The notes: generated by a model from the sequence alone, not told the origin. A stretch of 63,497 nucleotides of DNA, filler included, from Reclinomonas americana ATCC 50394 (GCA_048213135.1; 53 parts of 53 records of this genome joined end to end with filler, not necessarily neighbours in it), one strand, 5' to 3'. Numbered from the whole stretch's first letter, positions 33,795 to 45,720 are shown. Numbers and translations: made by a program.

Positions 33795-34246
33795 CCCGCG
33801 CCCCACAGCCGGGACACCTTCTGCACGGCCTCGGCCTGCACAGTGACGGAAGCCGCGCGATCCAGGCCGAAGACCGGGGGCACGAGGGGCAGTCGGACCT
33901 GTGCGGCGACGGTCACGATGAGCGTGGCCCCGGCTGACGGACAATCGACGCCGGCGGGTGAACATGAGAGCGACACGTCGACCGCTTCCGGGTCGAGCCC
34001 GTACTCCTCGATGATCCCCGCCAGTACGGCCTCTCCGTTCTCTGCCGCCGAGGCAGCGTCCGGTGCGATCGCGATCGCGCGGGCTGTGTGGCGCGCGGCC
34101 GCTTCCGCACCGAGCGTCTGCTCCTGGATCGTGCCCAGAGCGATCACGAGGTAGACGAGCGGGACGAGCAGGATGACGCCGACGGTGATGAACTCGAGCG
34201 CGGCAGACCCCTCGTCATTCGTCGCCCAGGCTCTCCACCGGTGCAT
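33791..34246 (-). CDS. TadE family pseudopilin
   Basis: DEGSAALEF prepilin motif followed by a TM segment. Confidence 0.88.
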   Translation of the reverse strand: MHRWRAWATNDEGSAALEFITVGVILLVPLVYLVIALGTIQEQTLGAEAAARHTARAIAIAPDAASAAENGEAVLAGIIEEYGLDPEAVDVSLSCSPAGVDCPSAGATLIVTVAAQVRLPLVPPVFGLDRAASVTVQAEAVQKVSRLWGAG

Positions 34247-34616
34247 GCGCTTCCACCTCCATCGCGTAGGGGACCCCGATCAGACCCAGCACCGGGAGCG
34301 ACGTGCGGATGCGCACATCGATGGTCTCGTGTCCGAGCGCGTCGGAGGTTCCGACGACGACGTCCTCGGCATACGATGCGCCGATCGCTCTGGTGATCAC
34401 AAACCGCGAGCGCTCCGCACCCTCTTCCAGGCTCGTGTCGGCGAGGGCGGCGTGATAGGCCCCCTCGACCGCCGCATCGTGCACGACGTTGCGGACGTAC
34501 ACGGCCAACGCGAGCTGCAGCACCGCCAGCGTGAGCACCGTGAGGAGGGTGCCCACCAGCACGAACTCGACCGGGCTCGAACCGCGCTCGTCGTGCAGCA
34601 CGCGACGGGCATGCAT
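34215..34616 (-). CDS. TadE family pseudopilin
   Basis: DERGSSPVEFVLV...VHDAAVEGA. Confidence 0.88.
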   Translation of the reverse strand: MHARRVLHDERGSSPVEFVLVGTLLTVLTLAVLQLALAVYVRNVVHDAAVEGAYHAALADTSLEEGAERSRFVITRAIGASYAEDVVVGTSDALGHETIDVRIRTSLPVLGLIGVPYAMEVEAHAPVESLGDE

Positions 34617-34617
34617 C

Positions 34618-34800
34618 TCAGAGACCGGACACCCGCTGGATCGCCTGCTCGAACAGCGCGGTGAGCGCAGGACCCGCGACTGCCCAGATCAGCACGACTA
34701 ATCCGGCTGTCATCAGTGTGACCAGCACCCAGCCGGGCACGTCTCCGCGCTCGTCCTCCGCGAGGTCACGGGTCCAGCCTCTCGCCTCGCGCCACCAGCC
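34618..34800 (-). CDS. Actinobacterial Flp-like pilin, partial
   Basis: EDERGDVPGWVLVTLMTAGLVVLIWAVAGPALTALFEQAIQRV upstream of the tadE genes. Confidence 0.75.
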   Translation of the reverse strand, partial: GWWREARGWTRDLAEDERGDVPGWVLVTLMTAGLVVLIWAVAGPALTALFEQAIQRVSGL

Positions 34801-35009
34801 NNNNNNNNNNNNNNNNNNNNNNNNNNNNNNNNNNNNNNNNNNNNTTAATTAATTAANNNNNNNNNNNNNNNNNNNNNNNNNNNNNNNNNNNNNNNNNNNN
34901 GGACCAGTTGTGCAAACGACGGCAACTGGCCGAGAGAGTTCTGGACACGCTGCAAAACACACAGATGTGTGAGGCACAGAGAAGCAACAGAATGGCTGGC
35001 CACAAACAA

Positions 35010-35999
35010 GTTTCGGCAAGTCGCAACAGTCAAGCAGAGACCGAAGGGGTCGCAATGCTTCCGGTACGAGCTCTCGACTCTCGTTGCAGCAGTCGCCGAT
35101 CATATTGCGCAAGGCGCTCGTCACTGATTCCGGGGCACCAGAGGCTGGGTGCGACTCGAAGTACCATGACACGAATCCAGACATGCACCGAGAGGCGCTG
35201 CGGTGCGGTTCATCGCCTGGCGTCACCGCAAGGACTGTTTCCAGCGTAATATCGACCCAAGCCCGCTGAAGGTCGTCCTCGTCTCCAGTCGCCAACAGTC
35301 CGACAACATCGGGCAGACTGGCACGAAACAGAACATCGAGAAATGGTTTCCGGTCAGCATGAGCACCGACGCGTGCACACTCACGAGTGAGGAACTGCAC
35401 CACTCCAGCGAGGGTGTTAGACATCGGCGCAGCATCTCCATCGCCAGCCTCATGTCGCGACAGTCGTTTGACAATTGCATCGACCGCCGTCAATGCAAAC
35501 TGGCTCGCAGCGGGTGCACGGCCTCCGTCATCCTCCGGTATGCGCCCCAATGCGTACGCGTGCTCGACAGCGAGCTGCACAATGTTCTTCCCATCGGCAA
35601 CGTCCGTGCTGCAGATATCTCGCACCAGTGCTCCATTAGGAATGCCTGAATACAAAACACGCGACTTGGTAGGTGAGAGAGAGTGACAAACGAATGACAT
35701 ATCACAACCCAATTGCAAACGCAACGCGACAAAACCAGCCGTTGCAGACACCGAAGTGGCGAGATGACGAGCTGACCATCGCGAATGCATGCTACCATCA
35801 GCCTGCGAACAGCACCTCTCACGCAGTCCGGCGGCGATGTGCTGCCAGTCGACTGCATGTGATGCGTGATGAAGTTGCACAGTGAGGTTTCGGCTCGCTT
35901 GCACAAGTCGAGAGTTCCTCTAGGCAAGTCCATTGTCATAGTTCGCAACATGATGCCCGCCCACGCACTCTGTTCCGCCAATTTCAGCTGACACAAAAC
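35010..35999 (-). CDS. Eukaryotic helical hypothetical protein fragment; intron 35725-35646
   Basis: The intron joins the frame of ORF 35490-35996 to that of ORF 34849-35904 (LQRLVLSRIPNG). Confidence 0.5.
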
Positions 36000-36131
36000 N
36001 NNNNNNNNNNNNNNNNNNNNNNNNNNNNNNNNNNNNNNNNNNNTTAATTAATTAANNNNNNNNNNNNNNNNNNNNNNNNNNNNNNNNNNNNNNNNNNNNG
36101 ATGTGCGGTCGCGTCGAGCGCTCCATCCGGG

Positions 36132-36686
36132 TCAGCCCCGCCGCAGCACGTTCGCCGTGCCGGTGTCGGTCACCTGGGGCGTCTCGCCGGTCCAGTAGAT
36201 CTCGTTCGCGGTCCCGCTCACCCGCACGTCGCCGATGGTGTTCGCGTACACCACGGTCCCGGAGCCGCTGAGCTGGAGGGACGACACATCGTCGACGATG
36301 ACGGCTCCCGCGTCGAGGTCGATGCGGATCTCGTCGCAGTCTCCCTCGATGCGGATGATCGTGCCGTCCTGCTGGAGCGGGGCCGTGGGACAGGGCATGG
36401 TCGTCGTCGCGGAGTCGAGCAGCCGCTGTCTGTGCGCGGCGTGCTCGGCATCCAGCCCGTCGATCGGAGCGGGATCGGGATCCGACGTGTCGTCGTCCTC
36501 CGCGGCATCGGGTGCCTTCGGGACAGGCGTCTTCGCGGGCGTCTCGGCGCTCGTCGCGCCCGTCGTCGGGCCGGCATCCTCTGCGGTGGGGTCGATGATC
36601 CGCATTGTGCAGCCGCTGAGGAGCACGGCGACGACGATCGCCGCCGCCGCAGCAGCTGAGGAACGGGAAGCGCGCATGTCTCTCAT
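36132..36686 (-). CDS. DUF3060-like lipoprotein (actinobacterial)
   Basis: Lipobox LLSGC; C-terminal beta-repeat IEGDCDEI...LQLSGSG...VRVSGTANEIYW...DTGTANV. Confidence 0.75.
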   Translation of the reverse strand: MRDMRASRSSAAAAAAIVVAVLLSGCTMRIIDPTAEDAGPTTGATSAETPAKTPVPKAPDAAEDDDTSDPDPAPIDGLDAEHAAHRQRLLDSATTTMPCPTAPLQQDGTIIRIEGDCDEIRIDLDAGAVIVDDVSSLQLSGSGTVVYANTIGDVRVSGTANEIYWTGETPQVTDTGTANVLRRG

Positions 36687-36695
36687 CCTCTCGTG

Positions 36696-37198
36696 TCAGA
36701 CCGTCGCCGGGATGAAGATCTCGACACGGCGGTTGAGCTGGCGTCCCGCGGGGTTGTCGGCGCCGTCGATCTCGTTCGCCGCCACCGGGCGGGTCTCTCC
36801 GTATCCTTCGGCGCTGAGGCTGCTGCGGACTCCGCGGTCCTGCAGACCCTTCACGACGGCGTCTGCCCGATCCTCCGACAGATCGAGGTTGTACGAGTCC
36901 GAGCCGACGGCATCCGTGTGCCCCGACACCGCGGCCTGAGCGACGTCGAGCGAGATGAGCACCTCCGCCACGGCATCCAGCGTCACGCCGGCATCGCCGC
37001 GGATGTCGCTGCGGTCGAAGTCGAACAGCACACCGTCCTGGAAGGTGAGGGTCGTTCCACAGGATTCCAGCGGTGCCAGCGTGCCGAGCGGCGGGAACAC
37101 CCCCAGGGTCGGGACGACGGGCAGCGGCTCGGCATCCACCCACTCGCCGTCGACCTGCGCCGTGCCGTCGCCGTAGTTCTGGATCGTGATCTCCGGGC
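36696..37198 (-). CDS. OmpA-like peptidoglycan-binding domain protein, C-terminal part
   Basis: VLFDFDRSDI, GHTDAVGSDSYNLDLSEDRA, GYGETRPVA and NRRVEI motifs. Confidence 0.93.
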
Positions 37199-38801
37199 NN
37201 NNNNNNNNNNNNNNNNNNNNNNNNNNNNNNNNNNNNNNNNNNTTAATTAATTAANNNNNNNNNNNNNNNNNNNNNNNNNNNNNNNNNNNNNNNNNNNNTT
37301 GTTGATGAGTACGGTTTTATCGGTATGATGGATCTGTGCACGCGTGAGCACAGAGCAAGAGTGGGTGGTGAAACTCACTAGAAGCGCAACAGAGGGAGAG
37401 TGGGGTGCGGTGTTCGCTCAACGCCGATGCAACGAAGACAAATGATTGAGCCTTGCGTGCGCGCGAACTCAAATAACGGTCACAACGAAGCACTACTTGC
37501 CCAAGAAACACGCGGGTTTGTGTCGCACATGTCAGCGTGCGGTTGGTCTCCTTCACCTCGGGCTATTGTGGCCTTGGGAACCCTCTGTGTCCTTGTGCAT
37601 ATTCATGCGTACATGCCAACGTAGAGCGCGCGGCAAGGGATTTTGATTCGTTACTTATGGTATACCGCTACTGCTGCATGCGCACCCAGCTTCAACGAGT
37701 TCAGCGTCTACGTAGGCCGCTGACACCATTTGCGCCACGAAATCCTTTGAGGCCAACACGCGTTTGATTGGCTTTGCCTCCTGAAAGGGAAGATGACTGT
37801 TGGAGACGAGTAGTTATGTGTCTTGTATATTGTTGGTGTGCCAAGGTCATTGTCGGCAAGGGATTTGTGGTTTGACGCAAGGCGACGAGATCGTCCTGAG
37901 TCCCACATTTTGTTTTTTGAGTCTTTGATTCGTCGTGCTGAGCACTGCGATGCTGCGACGCGTGGGCGCTGCTCTGCTTCGCCCAGTGACTTGGCTGTGT
38001 GAACGTACTCCAGGTTTGCTCTTCGCATCTCCCTCCTCACCTCCTCCCTCTCATTCTCGCTTCACTCGCTTGTCTCACTCATTTCTCCTCCCCGCCAGTC
38101 TCTGCGCACATCCACTCCAACTCTGCTGCAGTCGGCGCTGCAAAGATTGCTCATGCATCGAAAACCCCTTCTCATTCGTCGGACGTGCTGACTCGTTGCG
38201 TTGTCACGCATGTGGTGTGCCTGCATGCGTGCACGTGTGTGTGCGCGTGTGCGTGTATGCATGAGTGCGTGTGTGTGTGAGAGTGAGTGAGCGAGTGAGT
38301 TAGTGTGTTTCTTTGATCTGGTTGTCTTCCCGCTCTCTCTCACTCTTCCTCGCCTTGTTCGCGGTGTACTCTTCTGTGTACCCACACCTCCTGGGTGNNN
38401 NNNNNNNNNNNNNNNNNNNNNNNNNNNNNNNNNNNNNNNNNTTAATTAATTAANNNNNNNNNNNNNNNNNNNNNNNNNNNNNNNNNNNNNNNNNNNNGGG
38501 AAAGGGAGGGAAAGAGAGGGAAACGGAGGGAAAGGGAGAGGGAACGAGAGAGAGAGAAAGAGAGGGAAAGGGGAGGAAATGGAGAAAAGGGGGGAAAGGA
38601 GGGAACGAGAGAGGGGAAGACAGGGAAGAGACAGGGAAAGGAAGGGAAGACAGAGGGAAAGAGACAGTGAAGATTGACTGACGGCACATTATTTCTCAGA
38701 AACGATACCACATCATGAACCAGCGAGCAAGACAAAAGAGATGCCACACAGCGTGCGTATCTCCCCCTTCTGGCTTTCCTTCACCCTCGTACACACACAC
38801 C

Positions 38802-39533
38802 TTGCTCGCCACGAATCTCCTCTGCCTCCTTGTTGCGCAGCGCTTGCAACTTCCAGCGCGACGCCAGTCGAATCTGCTCCTCATACGCGCCGCGCATGCG
38901 AGCATGTTCGTCCTCCAATTCGTGCAGCTGCGCCGTCATTTTCGAGTGCTGTGGTGGAGTGTGAGGAAAGAAAAAGACGGAGTGCAAGAATTGAATGCAA
39001 GAGCGGTGCGCACCGACTGGTTGAGGTTTTCCAGTTTGCGCTCGGCGTCCTCGGCACGCATCCGCTGCACAGCAATCACATGAGCCTCTTTCTGCTCACT
39101 CGCGAACCGACTCGAAGAGATAAGACTCACCCAGGATGCACGATCCTTTTCGACCTCTTGCAAGGCCTCCTGCAAGTGGCGCAGCTCACTAGGGTCATCC
39201 GCGCTCTCCGTCACCGTCACCGTCGGTGCGGGGAGTGGCCTCTGCGCCTGCGGGCGACCGGCGTTAACCGATCGCTTCCCGGGCGATAGAGAGTGTCGCT
39301 CACGCCGCCGCTGTGGTGGTGGTGGCGGTGGTGTCCACTCTAGCGCGTCGTCGAGGAACGACAGCAGATCGTCATCGCTGCGGCCGAGAAGGCGGGACTG
39401 GCTGCCGCCGCCATTGGAACGCGGTGCGGGTGCCGGACGACGTGGAGGTGTCCCGAGGCCACTGACGCGCCTCCCCTCTTCGGCCTGCTGTATTCTCTCG
39501 CGAACGGAGCGCAGCTCGGCGACGACCTCGTGC
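38802..39533 (-). CDS. Eukaryotic coiled-coil protein fragment
   Basis: Heptad-rich exons (ELRHLQEALQEVEK..., QLHELEDEHARMR...) with GT-AG boundaries. Confidence 0.5.
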
Positions 39534-39696
39534 TGTAGAGGAGGGGACAGGGTGAGAGGTGAGGGGAAGGGGGGTGGGGGAGAGGGAGGACAGGGGNNNN
39601 NNNNNNNNNNNNNNNNNNNNNNNNNNNNNNNNNNNNNNNNTTAATTAATTAANNNNNNNNNNNNNNNNNNNNNNNNNNNNNNNNNNNNNNNNNNNN

Positions 39697-39733
<37 letters not shown>

Positions 39734-39779
39734 GAGACGCTGATCGCCACGGGTGGCAAGAGAGGGTGGGCAACTCAAC

Positions 39780-40185
39780 TGTCTTCCACCTCGCGCACTT
39801 GTGCCACCTTGAGCTTGCGCTTATCCTGCGATCCCGGCGATATCGGCGTCGTCGCCCCCACAATATGCGACTGCGACTGCGACTGCGACGGAGGTGCCGG
39901 TGACGGCGCCGCGGGCGACTGTCTCGTGCTCAACTCAAAGTCATCCGCATCATCAAACTCGGCCGACAAGCCAGCCTCCGCCGGCGGTGCTGCGGGAGGA
40001 AGCGGTAGTGACACAGCAAGAGGCACAGCATCCTGCTCGCCCTCATCGACCGTCGGCTCTCCACCGCCACCACCAGCAGCAGTAGCAGAAGCAGGTCCAA
40101 CACTCTCATCCTCGTCCTCCTCGTCGTCAGCGTGGAAGAGATGGCGTGGCGGTTGCGAGAGGGTTACCACGGATCGTCTCTGTGG
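39780..40185 (-). CDS. Acidic low-complexity exon ending at a GTTGAGT donor (39779)
   Basis: ORF preceded by a polypyrimidine tract and CAG; it would stop 3 nt into the putative intron. Confidence 0.45.
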
Positions 40186-40894
40186 GGGAGAGAGAGGAGG
40201 AGGAGAAGGGAGGGTGAGTGGGAGAAGGAGAAGGAGGGGAGGGAAGAGGAAAGAAGAGGGGAAGGGAGGAGAGAGAGGAGGGGGGAGGGTGAGAAGGGAG
40301 GAGAAGGGCGGTAAGAGGAGGAAAAAGGACGGAGGAAGACGAGGATGCGGAGAAGGGAGAGGGGGAGGGAAGAGAAGGAGGGTGAGCAGGAGAGGTGGGT
40401 GGGTGGGTGTGAAGAGGAGAAGGGTGGGAGTGGGAGAGAGAGAGAGCGTGTTGATGTTGGCGAAGGTGAGATAGAATACATGCAGGCTTGGGGATTGTCA
40501 ACGAGAAGGAGAGTCAGGGCAAGAGAACGGAAAGAGCATGAAAGAGAGAATGGCGAGGAATGCTCACAGGCACACAAGCACGCACGATGAGTGCACGGAC
40601 AGAAGCAAGAGACACCATGCACGCATGTGTGCGCGTGTGAAGGTGCACTTTCTCTCAAACACTCGCGCTCTGTGTGTATGTGTGTGTGTGTGCGTGCAGA
40701 CGATGACGACAACAGAGCGCACTTGTCAAACCTTCTCCTGTGGATGCTTTATCTTTCACGCAAGCTCTCTCTCTCTCTCTCTATCTCCGTGTGTNNNNNN
40801 NNNNNNNNNNNNNNNNNNNNNNNNNNNNNNNNNNNNNNTTAATTAATTAANNNNNNNNNNNNNNNNNNNNNNNNNNNNNNNNNNNNNNNNNNNN

Positions 40895-41479
40895 CTCCGG
40901 CTGGCCGGCCATCGGCCTCCCACTCGCGGTGTGGAGAGCGACCATGTCTCCCCGGGGATGCTGCGCATCCTGGACCGGCTGGAGGACACACCGGCCGAGG
41001 TGGTCACGGAGCTGGGGGAGACGCTGCGTCAGACCGCGCTCGGCGTCGCTCTCACCGGCGACACGGCACGGCTGACCGGTCCGCAGCGCAGCATCGGGTT
41101 CCGGTGGTTCACGGATCCGCGGTCCCGCGATCTCTACGACCCGCGCGACCACCCTTTCCTCGCTCGGCTCTGGGTCTCGGGGCTGCGCGAGGTGATGGCG
41201 CGCAACGGCCCGGAATCGCGTGCCGCCGAGCTCTGCCGGATACTTCGCGACGAGAGCGAGGAGTTCCGGGTGCTCTGGGATCGGCAGGAGATCGGGCTGC
41301 GCCCGCAGGACACCAAGCGGTTCATCCACCCCGAGCTCGGCGCCCTCGATCTGTCCTGTCAGAGCCTGATCGATCCGGGGTCCTCGCAGGCGCTGCTGGT
41401 CTACACCGCGGTCCCGGGATCGGAGAACCACGAGAAGCTGAAGCTGCTCTCCGTCCTGGGGCCGCAGTACGCGCCGTGA
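40895..41479 (+). CDS. MmyB-like (XRE + ligand-binding) transcriptional regulator, C-terminal part
   Basis: RILDRLEDTPAEV, WFTDP, SEEFRVLW, KRFIHPELGALDLSCQSL and LLVYTAVPGS motifs. Confidence 0.88.
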   Translation, partial: LRLAGHRPPTRGVESDHVSPGMLRILDRLEDTPAEVVTELGETLRQTALGVALTGDTARLTGPQRSIGFRWFTDPRSRDLYDPRDHPFLARLWVSGLREVMARNGPESRAAELCRILRDESEEFRVLWDRQEIGLRPQDTKRFIHPELGALDLSCQSLIDPGSSQALLVYTAVPGSENHEKLKLLSVLGPQYAP

Positions 41480-41486
41480 CCGAGGG

Positions 41487-41885
41487 TCAGCTGGTGTACT
41501 CCTCGGTCGGCTCGACCCACTGGACGAGCTGGTAGACGATGCCGTTCGGGTCGGTCATCTGGAAGTAGCGCTCGCCCCAGGGCTCGGTCTCGATCGGCGT
41601 GACGATGGTGACACCCTCCTGCTGCAGGCGGGCGTAGTCGTCGTCGATGGCGTCGACCGTGAAGACGATGAGCAGTCCGGCGGCGTTCACGGCGGCCGAG
41701 GCCGGCTTGAAGGTCGACAGGCCCGTGCGCAGGTAGATCAGGTTGATCCCGGCATCCGGATGCTGCAAGGACGAGAATCCGTCGGCTGCCATCGCGACCG
41801 AGAAGCCGAGGTGCTTCTGCACCCATTCGGCCGAGGCGTCGACGTCGGGCACATTCAGCGAGATGGCTGTCGAGGTGAACTGCAT
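41487..41885 (-). CDS. VOC/glyoxalase family protein
   Basis: SLNVPDVDASAEW...FTVDAIDDDY...TEPWGERYFQMTDPNGIVYQL. Confidence 0.92.
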   Translation of the reverse strand: MQFTSTAISLNVPDVDASAEWVQKHLGFSVAMAADGFSSLQHPDAGINLIYLRTGLSTFKPASAAVNAAGLLIVFTVDAIDDDYARLQQEGVTIVTPIETEPWGERYFQMTDPNGIVYQLVQWVEPTEEYTS

Positions 41886-41906
41886 GGCTGCTCCTATCAA
41901 TAACAC

Positions 41907-41933
41907 TGTACGACGTACAATGTACGACGTATA
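41907..41933. promoter_or_regulatory. Tandem palindromic operator TGTACG-A-CGTACA / TGTACG-A-CGTATA
   Basis: Two 13-bp palindromes between the VOC start (41885) and a divergent ATG (41959). Confidence 0.7.
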
Positions 41934-42163
41934 ACGCAAATGTGGCAAGATCATTCCCATGGATGCCGATCGCACGGGTGCAGGAGAGCNNNNNNNNNNN
42001 NNNNNNNNNNNNNNNNNNNNNNNNNNNNNNNNNTTAATTAATTAANNNNNNNNNNNNNNNNNNNNNNNNNNNNNNNNNNNNNNNNNNNNCTCCCTTCTCC
42101 CTTCTCCCCCTTCCCCCTTCCCCTTTCTCCCTTCACCCCCTTTCCCTTTATCCCCCTACACAC

Positions 42164-43175
42164 CCTCCATGGCCGCCACCTCCGCCACCGTGGTAATGGC
42201 CACCCGATACAGCGCATCGGCCTGCGGCAACAGCTGATTCAACAGCGCCACCTCACCCGCCAGCGTGTACAACCGCAGACGCGTCAACGACGACTCCAGC
42301 GACGGAATGGTAATGTGCAGGAACGCCACGCAGCCCTTGACGAAACCCGTGGTGCGCTTCGTGTGGCGACCCTTGACCACTGTCAGCGTGGTCATGGCCA
42401 GCGACGACACCAGCACCACCAGCTCCTCCACCACGCGGTCGAGATTGGAAAAGTTGCGGCGGCACTCGACGTAAAAGTTGAGTTGCTGCTCAAAGTCCTT
42501 GGTGAACTTGACCTGCACGCCATGCGTGAGTACCCTCACTGCAGATATATAAGACGGCGTCAAACGCAACATTGCGAATAAAGTGAATCAGCAGCATGAT
42601 AATCTGGCGCGACTCATCGACCGAGGTGAGGCTCGTCACCGAGTCGTGCAGCGTGCGCGCCACCGACACCAGCGAGTTGACCACCTCTGGGTCGGCCGTC
42701 GGCTGCTTGGCGAATGCGCGGAGCACCAGCTTGCTGAACTCGCGCTTCAGGTCGCCCTTGAGCAGGTTCATGCAGGGCATGAAACTCTCCTGCGCAAGGG
42801 GGGTGAGTGGACGGGGCAGTGCAAGGTGAAGGGAAGAAACAGGGGAGACGAACCAAGTTAAAGGCTGCCTCAAATGTCAGCTTCGGTGCCTCGAGAATCA
42901 CTTGCCCGATGCGGAAGATGCACTCGTCAATGTGATCGTTCACATCCTCCTTCTGAATGTGTCTTCGAATGTCGTTCAACAGAATGTTGATTTCGCGCTC
43001 CTGTGATTGGGCGATGAGAAAAGAGAAACAGGGGAAAAGAGAAACAGACTTTAACGCACCCCAAAGCACTTGACCACGTACTCGACATACACCGAGGCGC
43101 CAGTGGCGTACAAATTGAGTTCCTGCACATCGGAGATGATCTTCCAGGCCAGGTTGAGGATCGGCAGGCGGAACT
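42164..43175 (-). CDS. VPS35L: VPS35L (C16orf62, Retriever subunit), internal fragment; introns 43059-43001, 42853-42790, 42570-42513
   Basis: ILNLAWKII, REINILLNDI, ARTLHDSV, KDFEQQLNFYVECRRNFSNLD, FVKGCVAFLHITIPSL and ALLNQ motifs. Confidence 0.92.
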
Positions 43176-43288
43176 GGGTCACAGGGGGNNNNNNNNNNNN
43201 NNNNNNNNNNNNNNNNNNNNNNNNNNNNNNNNTTAATTAATTAANNNNNNNNNNNNNNNNNNNNNNNNNNNNNNNNNNNNNNNNNNNN

Positions 43289-44385
43289 CAGGGCCTTATC
43301 GGCGACGGATCAGGTATCGCGAGTGGGGCGAGGATTTCCTGTCGACCATGGTGTCGCTGCAGGAGATTGTGAGCCCGACGGTGTGCGTCGTGCTGGTCAG
43401 TGAGACGCCGTGGGATGCGTTCCGGCAGCCGCTCATCACGCGTGACGCCTGCTGCGTGCACTTTCCGGCCTACTCCAAGGACGAGCTGAAGGCGATTCTC
43501 GCCAACGCCGCCGTGCCCGTCCCTGAATGCAGTTGCGTGGGAGGCGGGTATGCCTGCTTTCAGTTCGATCTCTCCTCACACCCCATCACCTGCCCTCACA
43601 GCTCCGCCAATGCGCCGCAATCTCAGTGGTCTGGTGGTGGACACGCTGTTCCCGATTGCGCGCGACCTGCCGACCCTCATGTCGGCGTTCTTGGAGCTCG
43701 TGGTGCCGTACACACAGCCAGTGATTGATGGCACTGGTATGCACTTGTGTGCTTGTGCAGTGTTTACCACGCGTGTACTGATCGAGGCGTTCGTTTGTGT
43801 GCAGCGGCGCCGACGGCCGTCGCTCGCCTAAAGGATGCCGTCATGCCTCACCTGGGACGCTTGTCGGAGACTCTCACACCAGCCACGGTGGCAGCCGTGG
43901 TGGAGCAGGCCGCATCCCAGCGGCGCCAATCACACCTGCCGCACATGGCATCCTTGCTGTTGATCGCCGGCTACCTGGCCTCTCGCATTCCGCGCAAACT
44001 CGACACGCGCTACTTTACCGCCGGCGGTCGCAGCAAGAGATTACGATCGGGCACGTCGCACGATCTCGACGCGGAGATGCTCGGTCGGCCGTTTCCCATG
44101 GAACGGTTGCTGGCCATCTTTGCGTCGCTGGCCGAGACTGAGCGGGGCGTGGAGGCACCGACAGACGCGGCCACATTCGGCCAGCTGTCGGCGCTCGTCT
44201 CTCTCGGGCACTTTTCCGTGGTGTCGTCCGCACTCGTCACGCTGTCGTCGGGCGCCGGCTACTCGGCTGTCGATGAGGCATTTGGCGGAGGTGGCGGTGG
44301 CGGTGGCGGCGGCGGCGGCGGGGGCAGTGGGAGCGGCGGTGCATCATCTTCTTCGACGCTGTCGTCGTCGGTGCAGTGGGGCGCG
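43289..44385 (+). CDS. ORC5: Origin recognition complex subunit 5, partial; introns 43532-43601 and 43737-43804
   Basis: VHFPAYSKDEL, LLIAGYLASRIPRKLDTRYF and PFPMERLLAIF. Confidence 0.88.
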
Positions 44386-44485
44386 NNNNNNNNNNNNNNN
44401 NNNNNNNNNNNNNNNNNNNNNNNNNNNNNTTAATTAATTAANNNNNNNNNNNNNNNNNNNNNNNNNNNNNNNNNNNNNNNNNNNN

Positions 44486-45582
44486 ACTTTAGCGGTGCCA
44501 TTTCGTGGGACAGTGACGACATGGTGGTGATCAGCGGCACCTACACTGAGATCTCCACGACCGTCACCGGCGAGTTTGCATTGACGTTCCCCGTTTTCAA
44601 CCACCTGCCGCAACTGCTCGTGGAGATGTTGGTGGGCATTGGCGACTCGCCAATTATCGCTGTGACATTCCCGGTGCTGACGATCAGTGTGGTAAAAGTG
44701 TGGTACTCGCCGCCAATCTGGCCCTGGCCCGTGGTGCAGTTGGAGCTGGACCTGAGTGCATCGCTGACGGCCAACTTGGGCGCCATGGTGCTGCGGCGGT
44801 CGGCGATTGTCAAGGCGGTGAAGACGAAGAATCCTCTGGTTCTGGTGGGTGGCTTCGGCTTCCCGATTACCGAAAATCCACCGGGCGGTGCACCGCGGTA
44901 TCCGCTCTCCGGACGCTTCTACATGGGTGCCGGAGTGTCGGTCAGTGTCTTCATCTTCCGTGGTGGTGCCGGATTCGGACTGGAACTGCTGGCGGAGGTG
45001 ACATTCCAGAACGTGGATGGCAGTGGTTACATGACATTGGACGACATTTTGTGGCTGGCACGGACCGGCAAAGTCTGGAACTCGCTGATGTTCCACTTGC
45101 AGCTGCGCGGCTATTTCCAGCTGTACATTCGTGCCTGCATCCGCATCTGGCACAAACGGTTCTGCTGGACGCTTGTCAACTGGCATCCGTCGGTGGTTCT
45201 GTTCGACACCGTTATGACTGGCCCGAAGATACAGCGGGTGGTGGACTCGCAGGGCACAGTCAACACAAGCCTTCTCTTGAAAGGCTACACCGCTCATGCT
45301 CTTCCTTGTGCCGCTTGTGGTTCCACCGGTGCCAGCGGTGTGCGTGATATGCCCACCGGACCGACCATTCATCTGTACAACACGGCGGCCGGTTCGGTGG
45401 TTGACGTCACTCCCGCAGGTGCCGTAGGTGTTGCCCCGCGCTCTGGAACGATTCCTGTGCCGGCGGTGACCACGGTGCCTGCGATCCCTGCGGGCTCCGT
45501 GAACCCGGCGCCCACTATTATTGTGGATGGCACCAGCAACCGCGTGAACATTGGCTCCTCGCCCACCACCACAGTGGCCGTA
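44486..45582 (+). CDS. Intronless beta-strand-rich protein fragment, origin uncertain
   Basis: 1.1 kb open frame of alternating hydrophobic strands, with an EF-loop-like NVDGSGYMTLDD. Confidence 0.65.
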
Positions 45583-45682
45583 NNNNNNNNNNNNNNNNNN
45601 NNNNNNNNNNNNNNNNNNNNNNNNNNTTAATTAATTAANNNNNNNNNNNNNNNNNNNNNNNNNNNNNNNNNNNNNNNNNNNN

Positions 45683-45720
<38 letters not shown>

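Noticed and set aside
37299..38397. Possible ncRNA or snoRNA in a non-coding contig
   Set aside because: Only isolated TGATGA/CTGA-like words, with no convincing box pair or stem; an Infernal search would be needed.
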